DNA from: a virus
Lineage: Duplodnaviria > Caudoviricetes
Strand: one strand, 5' to 3'
DNA length: 63,348 nt
IMG/VR virus record: IMGVR_UViG_3300042905_000928
Span: 1 to 63,348 of that record
Positions 28,819 to 37,043 of the stretch are shown here, in pieces. Under the pieces are notes generated by a model. It did no database searches, had not been told where the DNA came from, and saw nothing but the letters and a program-made list of their open reading frames with translations. Position 1 is the first letter of the stretch; every line of letters begins with the position of its first letter. The position numbers were made by a program, and so were the translations under genes.

Positions 28819-29474
28819 TTCCTAAAATCATTCACATCATCTGGATTGGCGATCAGTCCAAGAAGCCTACCCAGTGCATTGACACTTGGATTAAAAAGAA
28901 CCTTGACTACGAGGTAAGGGTTTGGGGTAACAATCAAGTCCAAAGTGTTAACTGGAAGAACTACCGCCAACTCCATGACATGCTGGCTAAGAAAGACTAC
29001 GCAGGGGCTAGTGACGTAATGCGTTATGAAATCCTCTACGAGCATGGTGGCATCTATGTAGATGCTGATACCTATTGCGTTAAGCCATTAGAAGATTGGT
29101 TGTTAAATTGTCAGGCGTTTGCCTCTTGGGAACAGGAGCTGGTGCGTAACAATCTGATAGCCAATACGGTGCTGGGCAGCGCTCCTGGGGCTGAAGCATT
29201 GAAATTATGTATAGAAGAAGTGGCTACCAAGGACTGCACAGAACAAAAACTGGCATGGATGATTACTGGTCCAATGCTTGTAACAGAGATATTTTTTAAG
29301 AAACAAGCCAATCTAACGGTGTATCCTTCTCATTTCTTTATGCCAGAACATCACTCTGGATACGAAAGTAAAGTTACAGGTCATCACTTTGCTCGGCATC
29401 TGTGGGGATCTGGCACAGGTTACGACAATATGGATGAAAGATTTAGAAATGACACCACAAAATCAACAACGTGA
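28815..29474 (+). CDS. glycosyltransferase, GT32/OCH1-like
   Basis: IPKIIHIIWIG, SDVMRYEILYEHGGIYVDAD. Confidence 0.88.
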   Translation: MIPKIIHIIWIGDQSKKPTQCIDTWIKKNLDYEVRVWGNNQVQSVNWKNYRQLHDMLAKKDYAGASDVMRYEILYEHGGIYVDADTYCVKPLEDWLLNCQAFASWEQELVRNNLIANTVLGSAPGAEALKLCIEEVATKDCTEQKLAWMITGPMLVTEIFFKKQANLTVYPSHFFMPEHHSGYESKVTGHHFARHLWGSGTGYDNMDERFRNDTTKSTT

Positions 29475-29488
29475 AGAAAGAGAGCAAA

Positions 29489-30262
29489 ATGAGCGAAAAC
29501 AACGAGAAACCAACGACTAAATCACCAACATTATTTGTAGCTACACCTATGTACGGTGGTATGTGCATTGGTAACTACGCCGCAGCTCTTATGCAGATGC
29601 CAATGATTGTAAGTAAAGCTGGTATTAAGATGTACTACACCTACATGATGAACGAGAGCCTGATTACCCGTGCCCGTAACAGTTTGGCTTATGATTTCTT
29701 GGCTTCAGATGCTACTCATTTGATGTTTATTGATGCTGACGTTGGGTTTCAACCTAATGACATCGTTGAGATGGTTAAGCGTGACGTGGATATTTGTTGT
29801 GGTTTGTACCCCAAGAAAGAAATTCATTGGCAACGAGTGGCTGATGCGGTAGGCAGAGGCGTGCCAGCTGACCAGTTAAAAGACCATACAGGTACATTCG
29901 TGGTGAACTTGGTTAAAGAAGAACGCCAAGAAGTAAAGATGAATGAATTATTAGAGATTCACAATGGTGGCACAGGCTTTATGTTGATCAAACGTGAAGT
30001 GTTTGAGGCTTTGGCTGATAAAGTGCCTGAATACAACAGTGATATGTATCTAGCCGTAGACACCGTAAGAACACCAAAAATTATTAAAGAATACTTTGCG
30101 ACCAGCATTGACCCTGAATCCAATAACCGCCTGCTATCTGAGGACTACCATTTCTGTAAGTTAGCGCGCAAGCATGGGTTCAAGGTGCATGCTGCGCCAT
30201 GGGTACAGTTATCTCACACTGGAACATACATCTTTAGCGGTGCTTTACAGCGTGTATCGTAA
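29489..30262 (+). CDS. GT-A-fold glycosyltransferase-like protein
   Basis: VATPMY, SLITRARN, LMFIDAD, GTGFMLIKREVF, LSEDYHFC. Confidence 0.75.
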   Translation: MSENNEKPTTKSPTLFVATPMYGGMCIGNYAAALMQMPMIVSKAGIKMYYTYMMNESLITRARNSLAYDFLASDATHLMFIDADVGFQPNDIVEMVKRDVDICCGLYPKKEIHWQRVADAVGRGVPADQLKDHTGTFVVNLVKEERQEVKMNELLEIHNGGTGFMLIKREVFEALADKVPEYNSDMYLAVDTVRTPKIIKEYFATSIDPESNNRLLSEDYHFCKLARKHGFKVHAAPWVQLSHTGTYIFSGALQRVS

Positions 30263-30539
30263 TAAGAAGCTATTGGAGGCTCTGCGTGAGTCTCCATGCC
30301 AACATTGTGGAAAACAAGATGGAACAATTGTTGCAGCGCACAGTAACCAGCTTAGAGATGGCAAAGGCCGTAGCATCAAGGCACATGACTACAGGACGGC
30401 AGCTCTATGCTACTGGTGTCACATGGAACTGGATCAGGGCAAAGACCTATCGAAAGCTGACAGGGAAGAGCTATGGGAAAACGCCCATCGTAAGACGGTA
30501 GGCTGGCTTTTTGAATCAGAAAAACTTACAATTAAATAA
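30252..30539 (+). CDS. HNH-like Zn-binding nuclease (DUF1364/DUF968-like)
   Basis: PCQHCG...AAH...ALCYWCH. Confidence 0.7.
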   Translation: MYRNKKLLEALRESPCQHCGKQDGTIVAAHSNQLRDGKGRSIKAHDYRTAALCYWCHMELDQGKDLSKADREELWENAHRKTVGWLFESEKLTIK

Positions 30540-30607
30540 AGCGAAAGCCAGCTTTACAAGCGAGACAAGGATTGCCCTTAAAGTGAGTTTGGCTGGCGAG
30601 TAGCTTT
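30538..30607 (+). ncRNA. structured hairpin with loop-E/sarcin-ricin internal loop
   Basis: AAAGC-GAAA-GCCAGCT ... GGCTGGC-GAGTA-GCTTT. Confidence 0.45.
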
Positions 30608-30627
30608 TTGCAAAAAAAATCGGCATT

Positions 30628-30643
30628 AAGTAAATATTTACTT
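30628..30643. promoter_or_regulatory. perfect 16-bp palindrome, candidate operator
   Basis: AAGTAAATATTTACTT, 15 bp upstream of the sRNA -35 box. Confidence 0.5.
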
Positions 30644-30658
30644 GACAAACACTATAGG

Positions 30659-30688
30659 TTGACAGGTGTTAAGAATTTCTGCTATATT
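30659..30688 (+). promoter_or_regulatory. sigma70 promoter of candidate sRNA
   Basis: TTGACA (30659-30664), 18 nt ending in extended TGc, TATATT (30683-30688). Confidence 0.75.
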
Positions 30689-30692
30689 TAGT

Positions 30693-30820
30693 GTATCAGT
30701 CCCCTTACTGATAGCCGTCAACCTGATTTTTCCGATTTAGCAGTTGGACTATCTTGACGGCAGCCCTCCAGGTGATCCCCTTCACCCTAAACCCCCAGCT
30801 AATCCCTGGGGGTTTTTCTT
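30693..30820 (+). ncRNA. candidate trans-acting antisense sRNA, four stem-loops
   Basis: Stems TATCAGT/ACTGATA, GCCGTCAA/TTGACGGC, GGTGA/TCACC and terminator AAACCCCCAG/CTGGGGGTTT; no ORF; loops complementary to phage leaders and RBSs. Confidence 0.75.
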
Positions 30821-30821
30821 T
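30789..30821 (+). terminator. intrinsic terminator of the sRNA
   Basis: 10-bp stem followed by U-rich tract. Confidence 0.8.
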
Positions 30822-30879
30822 GTGCCAATATGGTAAGAGCATGCCATGAATAATTTCCGTTAAAACGTACCTTTGTCAA

Positions 30880-30906
30880 TAACCTGAAATAGCTTATTTG
30901 AGGTTA
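30880..30906. promoter_or_regulatory. imperfect palindrome, candidate operator
   Basis: TAACCTGAAATA-GCT-TATTTGAGGTTA just upstream of the replication-operon -35. Confidence 0.45.
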
Positions 30907-30920
30907 CCTTTAAAAAGTTG

Positions 30921-30949
30921 TTGCAATTTATTTTTACTTCATTTAATCT
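30921..30949 (+). promoter_or_regulatory. sigma70 promoter of the replication operon
   Basis: TTGCAA, 17 nt, TAATCT; followed by GAGCCTCAACTGCTAG at the same spacing as the 24262 promoter. Confidence 0.7.
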
Positions 30950-30954
30950 AGAGC

Positions 30955-31356
30955 CTCAACTGCTAGAAGGAAAAATCAGGAACTGAAACAACTTCCTGAT
31001 GACAATTAGATTACCACCACGCCATTCATGGTGTGAGCTTGTGTCTCTTTGTCACTTTCTTTCTAGCATATGACGTACTCCACACGATAGCAAGAACCTA
31101 CATGGGTTGCGTGGAAGTAAACATAGGCTGATTTCATCACCCGATTTAGCCTCGTAGCCTTAAATGGGGACTACACAAGACGGAGAGCCAAGCGGTGAGA
31201 CCAACTCTCCATCGAATGAACATTAACTTAGGTAGGACTAGCAGTAACTGTGGAGTAGTGTATGGATTCGGAGAGTGTTATATGTGGGTCGGAGTGGTTA
31301 AGCACAACAGATGGTTGGCTTATCACCCTTGGGGGAACTATCAATTGGAGCAATGT
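30955..31356 (+). ncRNA. ~400-nt structured 5' leader / candidate RNA switch
   Basis: Helices 30961-30973/31056-31068, 30975-30982/30993-31000, 31076-31084/31249-31257, 31125-31131/31146-31152; alternative 30959-30966/31238-31245. Confidence 0.6.
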
Positions 31357-31656
31357 ATGAAAAACAAAGAACTTACAGACATAATCCTTGAAGCCATTAC
31401 GGAGCATGGATGTGTCACAACAACACAGATTGCAGACCTTCTCAAAGTTAATTCAGCCACCGCAGCAGGGCGGTTGACTTACCTTAGATCACAGGGTCGC
31501 ATTGTGGGCAAAAGAGCTAATTGGGCATTTAGATTGGAAGATCTAAAGGTCAAGCCCAAACAGCATATCGTTAATCAATCATTCACTGAACTATCAAATA
31601 TCTTTTACAACATAGTTCGCATGGGAGCTACAAATGAAAAAAATCAACATTCTTAA
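31357..31656 (+). CDS. winged-helix DNA-binding protein
   Basis: GGAG RBS; TTTQIADLLKVNSATAAGRLTYLRSQGRI HTH. Confidence 0.65.
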   Translation: MKNKELTDIILEAITEHGCVTTTQIADLLKVNSATAAGRLTYLRSQGRIVGKRANWAFRLEDLKVKPKQHIVNQSFTELSNIFYNIVRMGATNEKNQHS

Positions 31657-32479
31657 TATCCGCATTGATGGTGGCACACAGCCACGTCAAGAAATTGACT
31701 ACGATGTAGTGAAAGACTACGCAGAACTCATGCGTGATGGCGTGACATTTCCACCAGTCACCGTTTACTTTGATGGCGCAGAGTATTGGCTTGCAGACGG
31801 TTTCCACCGCTACCATGCCACTAAATCCAACGCTACAGCCACCATTGAAGCAGAAGTAATCACTGGTTCAATAGATGATGCTGAAGAGTATTCATTCACA
31901 GCCAACGGGGGTCGTGGTAACGATCTTACGAGAGAAGACAAGAAAGCCATCATCAGAAGAATGTTCCTGAAGAAAGAACGTTACGGAGACTGGTCACAGG
32001 AACGTATTGCCAAGCATGTCCATGTGTCACCCATGTTCGTCAGCCGAGTCAAGGCAGCCATGGAAATCAAAGATGAGCCAAAGGTCAAGAAGTTCATCAA
32101 AGATGGCGTAGAGAAAGAGATGAATGTCTCCAATATTGGTAAAAAAGCCAAGAATCAACCTACTAAACCTACTAAACCTGAAGTAGAACCGTATGACGAA
32201 AGCGAAGACAAAATCCGTGAGCTATCTGAGGTCATCACCCAGTTAGACGAGGAAGTAACGCTTCTGAAGGACAAGATAGCCATTGGTCAATGGGATGCCT
32301 CAGAAATTGAGAAGATTGACGTGGAAGAAACCCTTGTGGACTTGCGTGAACGAATCAGACTACTGGAAATTGACAACAAAGCATTGCGTGAGAGCAGAGA
32401 TATGTTCCAAAACCGTAACGCAGAGCTGATGAAAACAGTCACTTATTTACAAAGAAAGCTTAAAAAGGAAACAGCATGA
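31634..32479 (+). CDS. ParB/Srx N-terminal domain protein with HTH and coiled coil
   Basis: TQPR...FPPV...LADGFHRY; SQERIAKHVHVS HTH. Confidence 0.8.
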   Translation: MKKINILNIRIDGGTQPRQEIDYDVVKDYAELMRDGVTFPPVTVYFDGAEYWLADGFHRYHATKSNATATIEAEVITGSIDDAEEYSFTANGGRGNDLTREDKKAIIRRMFLKKERYGDWSQERIAKHVHVSPMFVSRVKAAMEIKDEPKVKKFIKDGVEKEMNVSNIGKKAKNQPTKPTKPEVEPYDESEDKIRELSEVITQLDEEVTLLKDKIAIGQWDASEIEKIDVEETLVDLRERIRLLEIDNKALRESRDMFQNRNAELMKTVTYLQRKLKKETA

Positions 32480-32640
32480 TGGATTACTCATTAATAATGA
32501 TTAAGATGCAAATTGGTTTAAAGGATTTGCACGATGCTATTAACTCCAAGGACTGGATGGAAATTGACATTCAAGCAGATAACCTTGCTTTCTTGGCAAA
32601 ACAAATGCGTGACTCAGTTGCCGACATCCAGACTAAATAA
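32476..32640 (+). CDS. hypothetical protein (54 aa)
   Basis: AAGGA RBS, coupled on both sides. Confidence 0.55.
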   Translation: MMDYSLIMIKMQIGLKDLHDAINSKDWMEIDIQADNLAFLAKQMRDSVADIQTK

Positions 32641-34115
32641 TGGAATTACACCTACGAGAACACCAACAAGAGGTCATAGAATCTCTCAGGGAAGGCTTCC
32701 GTCAAGGGCATAGGTCGCAGTTGTTATACGCACCAACAGGGTTCGGCAAGACCGAGGTAGCCATAGCCCTGATGAAAGCTACAGGCGAGAAGTTTAAACG
32801 CGCAGCCATGGTATTGGATCGCATTGTTTTGGTAGACCAAACCAGTCTTCGCTTGGATAAATACAGACTGAAGCATGGCGTATTCCAAGCTAACCACTGG
32901 CGGTATGACAAGCGAGAACGCCTACAGGTATGTTCAGCCCAAACCTTAGAACGCAGGGATGACTTTCCAGAGATGGACTTGTTAATCGTTGATGAGTGCC
33001 ACATTGCTCGTAAGCAGACATCCGAGTTCATTAAGGATAACCCCAACATCCGTGTTGTTGGCTTGACTGCTACCCCCTTCACCAAAGGACTAGGCGATCT
33101 GTATACCAATGTTGTATGCGGTTCAACCACTGAATCCTTGGTAGATGAGAAGTGGCTTGCTCCCCTGAAGGTATTCATTGCCAAAGAGATTGACATGACT
33201 GGGGCGAAGAAGTTAGCTGGTGAGTGGTCACAGGATGTGGTCACAGAGCGAGGTATGAGGTTAACAGGCGATATAGTATCTGAGTGGATCAAGAAGACTC
33301 ACGATGTATTTGGGAAACCACGCAAGACCATTGTCTTCTGTGCGGGCGTAGCCCATGGAGCAGACTTGGTTCAGCAGTTCGCAGACCATGGCTATAACTT
33401 TGTATCCATCAGCTACAAGGATGATGATGAGTTCAAAAAGGCAGCCATTGAGGACTTTGCGAAGCCAGACACCCAAATCCATGGACTGATAGCCACCGAC
33501 ATCCTCACAAGGGGTTTTGACGTATCAGATGTCATGATTGGGGTATCAGCAAGACCGTTTAGCAAATCACTGTCATCCCATGTGCAACAAATGGGGCGAG
33601 TCATGCGCCAACATCCTGAAAAGGAGTTCGCTTTATGGTTAGATCACAGTGGAAATTACCTACGCTTTCAAGATGATTGGGATGAGCTATACGAAAATGG
33701 CGTTAAATCCCTCACAAATGAAGGCGAAAAAGCCAAAAGAGAGCCAACAGAGAAGAAAAAGAAAGAATCCAAGTGTCCAGTATGCCAACATTTATGGCCA
33801 AAAAGCTCAGATACTTGCCCTAGTTGCGGTCATGTTAGACAGAAACGCAACGAAATATCCGCAGTATCAGGTCATTTAGAGGAGCTAGTCGCTGGAGCAA
33901 AGATCCGCAAGGATGATAAGCAAGACTTCTACTCACAGTTGGTATTCATTGCAAGGGATAAAGCATACAACCCCCACTGGGCAAGTCACAAGTATCGTGA
34001 GAAATTTGGCGTATGGCCAAGGGGATTGGTAGAAGTTCCTGCCCCACCGACAATGACAACCCTCAAGTGGATAAAATCACGCAACATCAAATGGTCAAAA
34101 GGTAAGAATAAATGA
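32640..34115 (+). CDS. SF2 DExH helicase (RadD/YejH-like) with Zn finger
   Basis: APTGFGKT, VDECH, GLTATP, QQMGRVMR, CxxC..CxxC. Confidence 0.9.
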   Translation: MELHLREHQQEVIESLREGFRQGHRSQLLYAPTGFGKTEVAIALMKATGEKFKRAAMVLDRIVLVDQTSLRLDKYRLKHGVFQANHWRYDKRERLQVCSAQTLERRDDFPEMDLLIVDECHIARKQTSEFIKDNPNIRVVGLTATPFTKGLGDLYTNVVCGSTTESLVDEKWLAPLKVFIAKEIDMTGAKKLAGEWSQDVVTERGMRLTGDIVSEWIKKTHDVFGKPRKTIVFCAGVAHGADLVQQFADHGYNFVSISYKDDDEFKKAAIEDFAKPDTQIHGLIATDILTRGFDVSDVMIGVSARPFSKSLSSHVQQMGRVMRQHPEKEFALWLDHSGNYLRFQDDWDELYENGVKSLTNEGEKAKREPTEKKKKESKCPVCQHLWPKSSDTCPSCGHVRQKRNEISAVSGHLEELVAGAKIRKDDKQDFYSQLVFIARDKAYNPHWASHKYREKFGVWPRGLVEVPAPPTMTTLKWIKSRNIKWSKGKNK

Positions 34116-34942
34116 GATTTGAAGATTTTGCCAAAATCCATGGACTGATCCTACGGGAAGTTACCCCCTTCAAATGGATGGCAACACCAACAGAAGACCA
34201 TCCAAACAAACGCAATGGGCGATACAAGTTCATGGGTGATATAGGATGGGTGCAAAACTGGGCAACCATGGACAAACCAGCCATGTGGAAGACAGAAGAT
34301 CGAAATGCGCTCAATCCAGAGCTGCTGCGACAAAAATCCAATTTTGAGGATGAAAGAGCAAAACTAGCAAAAAACGCTCAATCCAAGGCAGAGTGGATAA
34401 TTTCTCAATCCACCCTTCAAACGCATGAATATCTTGCCAAAAAAGGCTTTCCAGACGAAGAATCCATGGTATGGAATACTGATAAGGGCGACAAGTTAAT
34501 GGTCATACCTATGCGTAAAGGCGGAGAATTGGTAGGGTGTCAGTTGATCAATGAGCAAGGGGAAAAGAAGTTCTTGTATGGTCAGCAGACTAAAGGGGCA
34601 TCCTTCAGGATCGGTGCAAAAGGCATCCCTATACTTTGCGAAGGTCTTGCCACTGGATTGTCGGTCAGGTCGGTAATGCAAGCGAATAAACTCGATTGTG
34701 CTATCTACATTTGCTTTTCCGCAAGCAATGTTCAAGAAGTAAGTCGGCACATCCTCGGTGGGTTCATCATTGCTGATAATGATCCCAACGGAGTCGGAGA
34801 ATCCACTGCTCAAAAAACAGGTAAGCCATATTGGATTTCCGACACAGTTGGAGAAGATTTTAATGACTACCACATAAGAGTAGGCACTTTTAGGGCTAGT
34901 CAATCAATTAAGCCGTTAACTTATAAAAATAAGATTGAGTGA
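34112..34942 (+). CDS. Toprim DNA primase-like protein
   Basis: YLAKKG, CEGLATG, ADND, GEDFNDY. Confidence 0.8.
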   Translation: MRFEDFAKIHGLILREVTPFKWMATPTEDHPNKRNGRYKFMGDIGWVQNWATMDKPAMWKTEDRNALNPELLRQKSNFEDERAKLAKNAQSKAEWIISQSTLQTHEYLAKKGFPDEESMVWNTDKGDKLMVIPMRKGGELVGCQLINEQGEKKFLYGQQTKGASFRIGAKGIPILCEGLATGLSVRSVMQANKLDCAIYICFSASNVQEVSRHILGGFIIADNDPNGVGESTAQKTGKPYWISDTVGEDFNDYHIRVGTFRASQSIKPLTYKNKIE

Positions 34943-35189
34943 TTAGTCGCATAAACTTGGCTTCTATCTCCCTTACTCTTTGTTTTGATAAGCCATACAG
35001 TGATCCACAGCCCTTCAGTGTTTTACCCTTGGCTCTTTCAGACATAATATGCCAGTATTTCTCTCGCAATTCCATCTTTGTGTAGTTGTTATACAGTTGG
35101 CAGAAGTCAGCCATGGAAGGGAAGTCTATAAACACATACCCCCCTTCCGTATAAATTGGCACTTTGCCATTACCCAGTCTTAAATTCAT
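34908..35189 (-). CDS. sigma70 region-4-like HTH protein
   Basis: KTLKGCGSLYGLSKQRVREIEAK; start after AAGGGA. Confidence 0.6.
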   Translation of the reverse strand: MNLRLGNGKVPIYTEGGYVFIDFPSMADFCQLYNNYTKMELREKYWHIMSERAKGKTLKGCGSLYGLSKQRVREIEAKFMRLITQSYFYKLTA

Positions 35190-35190
35190 G

Positions 35191-35364
35191 TCAGTCCCTT
35201 GGATCAATTTCACAAACATCAACAATATCCCAATCATCCTCATAGGTGGCTTCTTCAGAATTAAGATAATCCATAGCCATATCACAGGCTTCATCTGCAT
35301 CACTGGCATCTACAACCACCACTTTGGTGGCAGTTGTAGTCAGTTTAACTTCGTATCTTCTCAT
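35191..35364 (-). CDS. small acidic protein (MRRYEVKL..., 57 aa)
   Basis: GAGGT RBS; below ORF-track cutoff; paralogue pattern V.A.D..EA...A. Confidence 0.6.
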   Translation of the reverse strand: MRRYEVKLTTTATKVVVVDASDADEACDMAMDYLNSEEATYEDDWDIVDVCEIDPRD

Positions 35365-35546
35365 GTTGTTACCTCTTTAACATCAGTTAACCCATCTTCT
35401 GCCCAAACAATGTCTTTTGAGTCGTAGTCTTCTTCGTTGTATCTATCAGATGCAATCTCTTCTGCAATCCCTTCATGCTCTGCTTCAACATCAAAGTAAT
35501 AGACAGTCGTTTCTGTTCTTGGTATACCCACTTTAAACTTCTTCAT
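35361..35546 (-). CDS. small acidic protein, same paralogue family
   Basis: MKKFKV...FDVEAEHEGIAEEIA. Confidence 0.6.
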   Translation of the reverse strand: MKKFKVGIPRTETTVYYFDVEAEHEGIAEEIASDRYNEEDYDSKDIVWAEDGLTDVKEVTT

Positions 35547-35733
35547 TGATACCATCCTTTTCCAGTTGGCTAGCAATGCCATTCAGAAGAATCTGCACAG
35601 CCATGTAAACAAACAAGGCAGATTTACCACGATCTTTAGCTAGGTCATCAACCCTAGCCATGGCAGTTTCAATATCATCAGGCACAAAGAAGATTCCTGA
35701 TTTCATTTTCAATAGTTGTTCAGTTGTTGTCAT
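35533..35733 (-). CDS. hypothetical protein
   Basis: AAGGGGA RBS at 35739-35745. Confidence 0.6.
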   Translation of the reverse strand: MTTTEQLLKMKSGIFFVPDDIETAMARVDDLAKDRGKSALFVYMAVQILLNGIASQLEKDGINEEV

Positions 35734-35881
35734 TTTCTTCCCCTTCCATTTCATCTAAGTAGCACTGTCTTGCTTCTTTATGGAAAGTAACAATAATGTT
35801 ACCTTTACGATCCCATGAAATTACCCAGTCAGCATGACCAAATACCTCTTCGCAATACTCGTCTAGTAAATCGCTATTCAT
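35720..35881 (-). CDS. hypothetical acidic protein (53 aa)
   Basis: Fills gap with overlapping start/stop. Confidence 0.5.
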   Translation of the reverse strand: MNSDLLDEYCEEVFGHADWVISWDRKGNIIVTFHKEARQCYLDEMEGEENDNN

Positions 35882-36168
35882 TCTGAAGCCCATCCAAAAA
35901 ATAAATACTCATCATCTTTAATATGGATGCAACCCGCATCCCCCCATTTGTCATCCACCCTTGAGTCGCAGTCATCAATCAGTTGTTCGGCATACACAAA
36001 GGCATCCAGTCCTTCAGCCAATGGAATGACCACAAAAGAGTTCTTCTCAGCGATAGTCCCAGTGTAGCCACCATGCCCATGCTGATACCTAGCTTCGTAA
36101 ACTAAACTATCAAAGGCTTTCTTGGCAGTCGAACCCAGTCCCACAGTCATAAACACTACTGCTCCCAT
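35878..36168 (-). CDS. hypothetical protein (GHGGYTGTIAEK family)
   Basis: GAGGAG RBS; DKWGDAGCI and FFGWAS motifs. Confidence 0.65.
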   Translation of the reverse strand: MGAVVFMTVGLGSTAKKAFDSLVYEARYQHGHGGYTGTIAEKNSFVVIPLAEGLDAFVYAEQLIDDCDSRVDDKWGDAGCIHIKDDEYLFFGWASE

Positions 36169-36713
36169 TATTCGCACTCCTCATCTGATTCATATTGCAT
36201 AGATATATCCATCTGATCATCAATGTATCTAGGTATGTTCTCTTGCACCCACGCTGAAGTGCATTGCTCAATGTCGTAATACTCTTCTTCGCCATCTATC
36301 CATGCACCACAGAAAGCCATGCCTGATTCGTAGTAATAACCCTTCACTTTGAAGCCAAGGTCAGCCAATACCGCATATGCTTGAGTTGGTGGACTCCAAG
36401 CAGAATCAAAGTAAACAAACATATCTTTCTCGCCACCTTGTGCATGATTATCTCTAGCAGAATCGTAGCCAATGTCCCATTTAGTCCCCCAGTTCTGCAC
36501 TCGCCAGTCCCACCAAGCAGTTTCAGGATCTACTGGATTCTCATTACCCCTAATATGCGGAAAAGTAGGCTTCACTTCCACAGTTTTGTAATCAGGCTCA
36601 GGCACAAGAGTCCCCAAGAATTTGCCTGATTCCCAAGCATCCTTGGCTTTCTTAATCATTTCAGGATCATCATGAGTTAAATACAAGTTGTTATCGCACC
36701 AGTTAGGCATCAT
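36168..36713 (-). CDS. DUF1281/YubB ferredoxin-like domain protein
   Basis: MPNWCDN, WWDWRVQNWGTKWD, FDSAWSPP, YYESGMAFCG. Confidence 0.75.
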   Translation of the reverse strand: MMPNWCDNNLYLTHDDPEMIKKAKDAWESGKFLGTLVPEPDYKTVEVKPTFPHIRGNENPVDPETAWWDWRVQNWGTKWDIGYDSARDNHAQGGEKDMFVYFDSAWSPPTQAYAVLADLGFKVKGYYYESGMAFCGAWIDGEEEYYDIEQCTSAWVQENIPRYIDDQMDISMQYESDEECE

Positions 36714-36859
36714 TCATTCTCCTTAAGTTTATAAATATTAAATACAGATACATCTTGAAAACGCACACAATCATTGAGATACTGGATTAGTGCATCAACC
36801 GCTTCTTCTTCATTCTCCACTTCCAATTCATCTTTAAAAGTAATTTCAAACTTCGGCAT
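36710..36859 (-). CDS. small acidic protein
   Basis: MPKFEITF...EVENEEEA. Confidence 0.55.
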   Translation of the reverse strand: MPKFEITFKDELEVENEEEAVDALIQYLNDCVRFQDVSVFNIYKLKENE

Positions 36860-37043
36860 CTTGATCCACCTTTGCGTATGTTCCAGTAATGTTAGATTCA
36901 AATAGATATAAGTCATCTGCATGAATTCCTTCAAAATGTCTTGTTTCTGCAATATGATGTGCTTCCTCACTATCTTTGGCTTCCATCTCATATGTGTAAA
37001 CCCATTGCTGAGTTTCATGTATTTCAACAGTGAAATTAGGCAT
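36846..37043 (-). CDS. small acidic protein, same paralogue family
   Basis: MPNFTVEIHE...MEAKDSEEAHHIA. Confidence 0.6.
   Translation of the reverse strand: MPNFTVEIHETQQWVYTYEMEAKDSEEAHHIAETRHFEGIHADDLYLFESNITGTYAKVDQDAEV

Noticed and set aside
30722-30980. Inverted repeat as an invertible DNA switch
   Set aside because: Arms are interrupted by a central mismatch/indel and no site-specific recombinase is visible; RNA pairing explains it better, though inversion is not formally excluded.
30996-31002. CTGATGA as a possible third hammerhead
   Set aside because: No stem II-GAAA-stem III arrangement follows.
31195-31356. N-terminal extension of the wHTH ORF in the ORF track
   Set aside because: A good GGAG RBS precedes ATG 31357; the extension lies in the structured leader.
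30540-31356. tRNA or tmRNA in the long intergenic region
   Set aside because: No cloverleaf with T-loop GTTC and acceptor stem found.
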